This document shows, piece after piece, positions 61,401 through 64,000 of a stretch of DNA of 64,000 nt. The stretch spans positions 24,788 through 88,787 of the forward strand of contig WJJJ01000021.1 in the NCBI GenBank assembly GCA_014729775.1, in the 5' to 3' direction. A program made the position numbers and the translations under genes. The notes below the pieces were generated by a model, which saw only the letters and a list, made by a program, of their open reading frames with translations, searched no databases and had not been told where the DNA came from. The DNA comes from Candidatus Omnitrophota bacterium. Its GTDB lineage: Bacteria > Omnitrophota > Gorgyraeia > Duberdicusellales > 4484-171. The stretch's first letter is position 1, and each line of letters starts with the position of its first letter.

Positions 61401-64000
61401 ACGCACGCGTGCGACCACCGCCTGTTCCCGGCCGTTATAAAAGATCTGCGTGGCGACGTTCATAAGCACCTGCTCATCGGCAAGCTGCGCCCCGAAATCT
61501 GCCGCTCCTTCAATAGTGGATTTGACCATATCGATCAGATTTTCGTACCTTTCAACATTCAAGCCTATTCCGAGTCCCGGATCCGCAACCTTGCGACCTT
61601 CGCTACGTGCCGCAAGGATATCTTCGGACACATAAAGATCAAAAGGAGTATCCCTCGATACTTCCACGAAGAGGTATTCATCCGCCGCTAACCGAGTGGA
61701 CTCGATATGCCTCGAAGGAGAAGAACTGCTCCCCGGAGAACCGTTCACTCCGTATGCGAAACCCTCAGCCGTCCGGACCGGACCGACAGCCGTGAAATTT
61801 TCCGGGAGATTGAGACCGGTTCCCGCCGTGATCCCGGCGGGAACCGCAGAGGAAACCGGTGACGATACGGTATTTTGCGCTGAGAGAATACGGCGTGTGC
61901 CCGCACTTCCGGAACCGTCCGGGGAAAAGGAGAACGCGGCCCAGGAATTCGGCGGCAAGCTTATCCTGATATTCCCTTCCCCAGATTCCAGAGTAACATC
62001 ATCGCGGGAACAGAATGCGAAGTTATCCGTATTCGGCGCAGGGTAACCACGGTGAGAAAATGAGGAACTTAATGCCTCCGGATCAATAACCGCCTCTTCC
62101 GTATGCGCTCCCCGGTGGTTTATGACGGCCACACCTATCTCGTCCTGATACACACGCACCAACGGAACAAGGGAAGAGCGGTGCAAAGATTCCGGTTTCT
62201 TCAGATGCAGAGCGGAAAAATCTCCCCGGCGGAACACCGGACGGGAAATAAACTTAATCAGAGACTCAAATTCCCGGTCTGCTGCTTCCGGTTCGGCAAT
62301 TACGTCGGGATACCGGTACCGGTAAATGCCCGCATCGGGAGATTTCATCGAGATATGACAGATTCCTTCTGGATGGTTTTGTGTGGCAGTCAGCGGATAT
62401 CCCATGCCGAACAGCTGACGCAGGGTCACCAGCACATAGCCCGGCAGAGCAAAGCTTAACAGAGAAGCGCCTAGCGCGTACTCGCCGAATCCCCGGGGAT
62501 CACGGAAAGGCTCTTCATCATGGTTCTCCGTAAAATGCAGACCGAGGTCAAGATATCCGCGCGGCGCGCGGTAAAAAATATAGTCCCGCACCGCAGGCGC
62601 GCCTTGACCTTTCACAATATCGTACAGCCGTTTATCATAGGGAATGATCCCTGCACGCTGGAAAAATCCGGTGCGGCCGTCCCACGGCACATGCCATTTG
62701 TCGCCCGCTTCATAACTTTCGGCAAACGCGAGCATACCGCTCCCGGCGATTTCATCCATCACCTCTTCCCAGAACTCATGCGGCATGCGCTCCTCAAACT
62801 CCTTCCACGATAATCCCAGCGGATATCCCCAGGTCGCCCAGAATTGCAGACGAAGCGCGTAAAACGCGAGGTCGGCGCGGAATCCTCCGCCGCAGGTAAG
62901 TCTGCGGATATTTCCGGAAATCACATTCTTCATGTACCGGCGCGCCGACGGCAAAAGATAATCTACCTGTGCCAGGTTAGGCATATGGGCTTCTCCCGGT
63001 CCGTACCAGGCATTCTTCACTATCGTACGGTATGCGTTCGGATATACATAATGACGACTTTTGCGAAAGAAGGCACGCGCATACAGATTTTTCTTTCTAA
63101 GACTATCCAAAAATTCCCGGCGTGTCATATGCGGCCAGAACCTGTCGAGCCGCCGGGCCACTGTTAACGCGTCATCAACCGAATCCCACTGCATCGCGAC
63201 CCCGCCGCGCTGCACGATAAGCGAATCAGCGGCTACGTGATTGACGACAAAATCAAGCAGAGTGCGCATACCATACCGCTCCCGCAGCCTGCGCGCGGAG
63301 TTCATGAATTCTTTTTCTGATCCCAGACAAGTATCCAGCGTATAATCGTACACATCATAGGCTGACGCCCACCGAAAAAGAGTTTCATGGTCTGTCCTTT
63401 GCCAATGACGCATCATCCGCGCGGAAAGAGGACTCTTGCGCCACGCGCCCTTAATCCAGACCACCCTTATTCCCAGCCCCGCGATCCATTCCCAGAATTC
63501 TTCCGGAACGTTGCCTATCGTTCCGTAGGTAGCGGACAACGCGCGGGCGTCGATCTCCAGCACAACGGAAGTATCCGCCGGCGAACTCCCCTTCCCGAAT
63601 ACGATACTCTCGACCGTGTTTTTCTGCTCATTGACTTCCTCAACAGCATGTAAAAACTCTTCTCCTTTCATTTCCCTGTTACGTAAGAATGCGGTCATAC
63701 ACATATGGGGCCGAGTATGCTTCGGATCCATAATACTGACACTGATAACGCCTTCCTCAAGAGAAAACACGACGTCGCTCGAAATACCGGCATTATCCAC
63801 TCTTCGGTAGGAAAGGACCTCCATGTCAGGGTAAAGTTCCAGCGGTGACAGAATCAGCCCGTTTCTCTTTCTTGTTTTACTCACATCCACCCCGAATCCG
63901 GAAAAAACTGCGTATTTTTTGTGTATCCATCTTAAAACACGCTGAGCCTGCTCTCCGATCATTTCTCCCTGCGGACGGCGTATAGAAGCAATATCCAAAG
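34428..64000 (-). CDS. Giant multidomain protein, at least 9,856 aa, 5'-truncated by the window edge (the ORF is still open at 63998-64000)
   Basis: A single stop-free reading frame of 29.57 kb, which cannot arise by chance at this GC content. Six residue positions checked directly against the nucleotides match the translation. It has many recognisable domains (see the sub-features), a stop TGA at 34428-34430, and a C-terminus of ...[14 protein letters not shown]. Confidence 0.9.
   Translation of the reverse strand, partial: [9856 protein letters not shown]
34431..34622 (-). other. Giant protein: C-terminal TM helix plus a polybasic KR tail
   Basis: [21 protein letters not shown] followed by ...[17 protein letters not shown] and the stop. 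Confidence 0.5.
34629..35201 (-). other. Giant protein: TPR repeat region (residues ~9600-9790)
   Basis: At least 4 TPR-like 34-aa units (e.g. [50 protein letters not shown]). Confidence 0.6.
35319..35681 (-). other. Giant protein: transglutaminase-like cysteine protease core (residues ~9440-9560)
   Basis: Cys motif [19 protein letters not shown] (verified on the nucleotides) with a downstream His (DISHVAVLV) and Asp (SYCD). Confidence 0.55.
35841..35936 (-). other. Giant protein: twin-arginine (Tat)-like signal motif embedded internally (residues ~9355-9386)
   Basis: [28 protein letters not shown]. An in-frame ATG (M9344) lies at 35967-35969 but has no obvious SD. Confidence 0.3.
37515..38093 (-). 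other. Giant protein: cluster of about 6-7 predicted TM helices (residues ~8636-8828)
   Basis: Successive about 20-aa hydrophobic runs ([99 protein letters not shown]). Confidence 0.55.
38259..38801 (-). other. Giant protein: trypsin-like (S1/DegP-type) serine protease domain (residues ~8400-8580)
   Basis: His (TGFIFDE...VASAAHVL), Asp (YPDIGLLRI) and Ser ([17 protein letters not shown]) triad motifs are present in the canonical order. Confidence 0.65.
39189..39671 (-). other. Giant protein: class I SAM-dependent methyltransferase-like domain (residues ~8110-8270)
   Basis: Motif I [13 protein letters not shown] was verified on the nucleotides. A second, weaker MTase-like motif ([16 protein letters not shown]) lies at about residue 5900. 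Confidence 0.5.
42624..43646 (-). other. Giant protein: complete sigma-70 family module, regions 1.2, 2, 3 and 4 (residues ~6785-7125)
   Basis: Region 1.2 ([19 protein letters not shown]), region 2 ([41 protein letters not shown]), region 3 (HIVRTP...) and region 4 HTH ([31 protein letters not shown]). Region 2 was verified on the nucleotides at about 43209. Confidence 0.8.
44394..44756 (-). other. Giant protein: GHKL/HATPase_c-like ATPase module no. 2 (residues ~6415-6535), lying about 250 aa N-terminal of the sigma module
   Basis: N-box ([12 protein letters not shown]), G1 ([10 protein letters not shown]) and G2 (GTGLGT) are present. The start was verified on the nucleotides. Confidence 0.55.
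46764..47201 (-). other. Giant protein: degenerate Fic/Doc-like motif region (residues ~5600-5745)
   Basis: [25 protein letters not shown] resembles HPFx(D/E)GNGRxxR, but the catalytic His position is Gln/Leu. Confidence 0.25.
47649..48821 (-). other. Giant protein: GT4/GT-B glycosyltransferase domain (residues ~5060-5450)
   Basis: The N-half ([29 protein letters not shown]) and the C-half EX7E region ([30 protein letters not shown]...ETGLLVE) were verified on the nucleotides. Confidence 0.75.
49119..49451 (-). other. Giant protein: Pol-beta-superfamily nucleotidyltransferase-like motif (residues ~4850-4960)
   Basis: hG[GS]-x9-DhDh pattern: [21 protein letters not shown]. Confidence 0.4.
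50439..50528 (-). other. Giant protein: Lys-rich histone-H1-like tract (residues ~4491-4520)
   Basis: [30 protein letters not shown], encoded by an AAA/AAG-rich run. Confidence 0.6.
50823..50900 (-). other. Giant protein: helix-turn-helix (XRE/Cro-like) motif (residues ~4367-4392)
   Basis: [24 protein letters not shown], verified on the nucleotides. Confidence 0.45.
51594..51986 (-). other. Giant protein: GHKL/HATPase_c-like ATPase module no. 1 (residues ~4005-4135)
   Basis: N-box ([11 protein letters not shown]), G1-like (RIENDNN) and G2 box ([13 protein letters not shown]) are present. Confidence 0.5.
56049..56921 (-). other. Giant protein: Ser/Thr protein-kinase-like domain (residues ~2360-2650)
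   Basis: Gly-rich loop ([12 protein letters not shown]), beta3 Lys (YAVKVY), catalytic-loop-like [17 protein letters not shown] with E in place of the HRD Asp, and DQD in the DFG position. Confidence 0.55.
58809..59636 (-). other. Giant protein: long coiled-coil segment (residues ~1455-1730)
   Basis: About 280 aa dominated by E/R/Q/K/A/L with heptad character (e.g. [55 protein letters not shown]). Confidence 0.65.
59694..60029 (-). other. Giant protein: two predicted TM helices (residues ~1324-1375) followed by a polybasic K/R stretch (~1398-1435)
   Basis: Hydrophobic runs [20 protein letters not shown] and [22 protein letters not shown], followed by [25 protein letters not shown]. Confidence 0.5.
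62319..63551 (-). other. Giant protein domain: GH13 (alpha-amylase family) catalytic domain, residues ~150-560
   Basis: Conserved regions I (LLDFVVNHV), II ([11 protein letters not shown]), III (EEVMDEIAG...AESYE) and IV ([10 protein letters not shown]) are present. FTENHD was verified on the nucleotides at 62517-62534. Confidence 0.7.

Noticed and set aside
34484-63810. Dozens of plus-strand ORFs of 60-210 aa across the giant-gene region (e.g. 47418-48050, 48309-48839, 50229-50741)
   Set aside because: All are antisense to a verified continuous coding frame. Their compositions are Arg/Pro/Ser/Gly-rich and low-complexity, and none carries recognisable motifs or an SD-ATG context.
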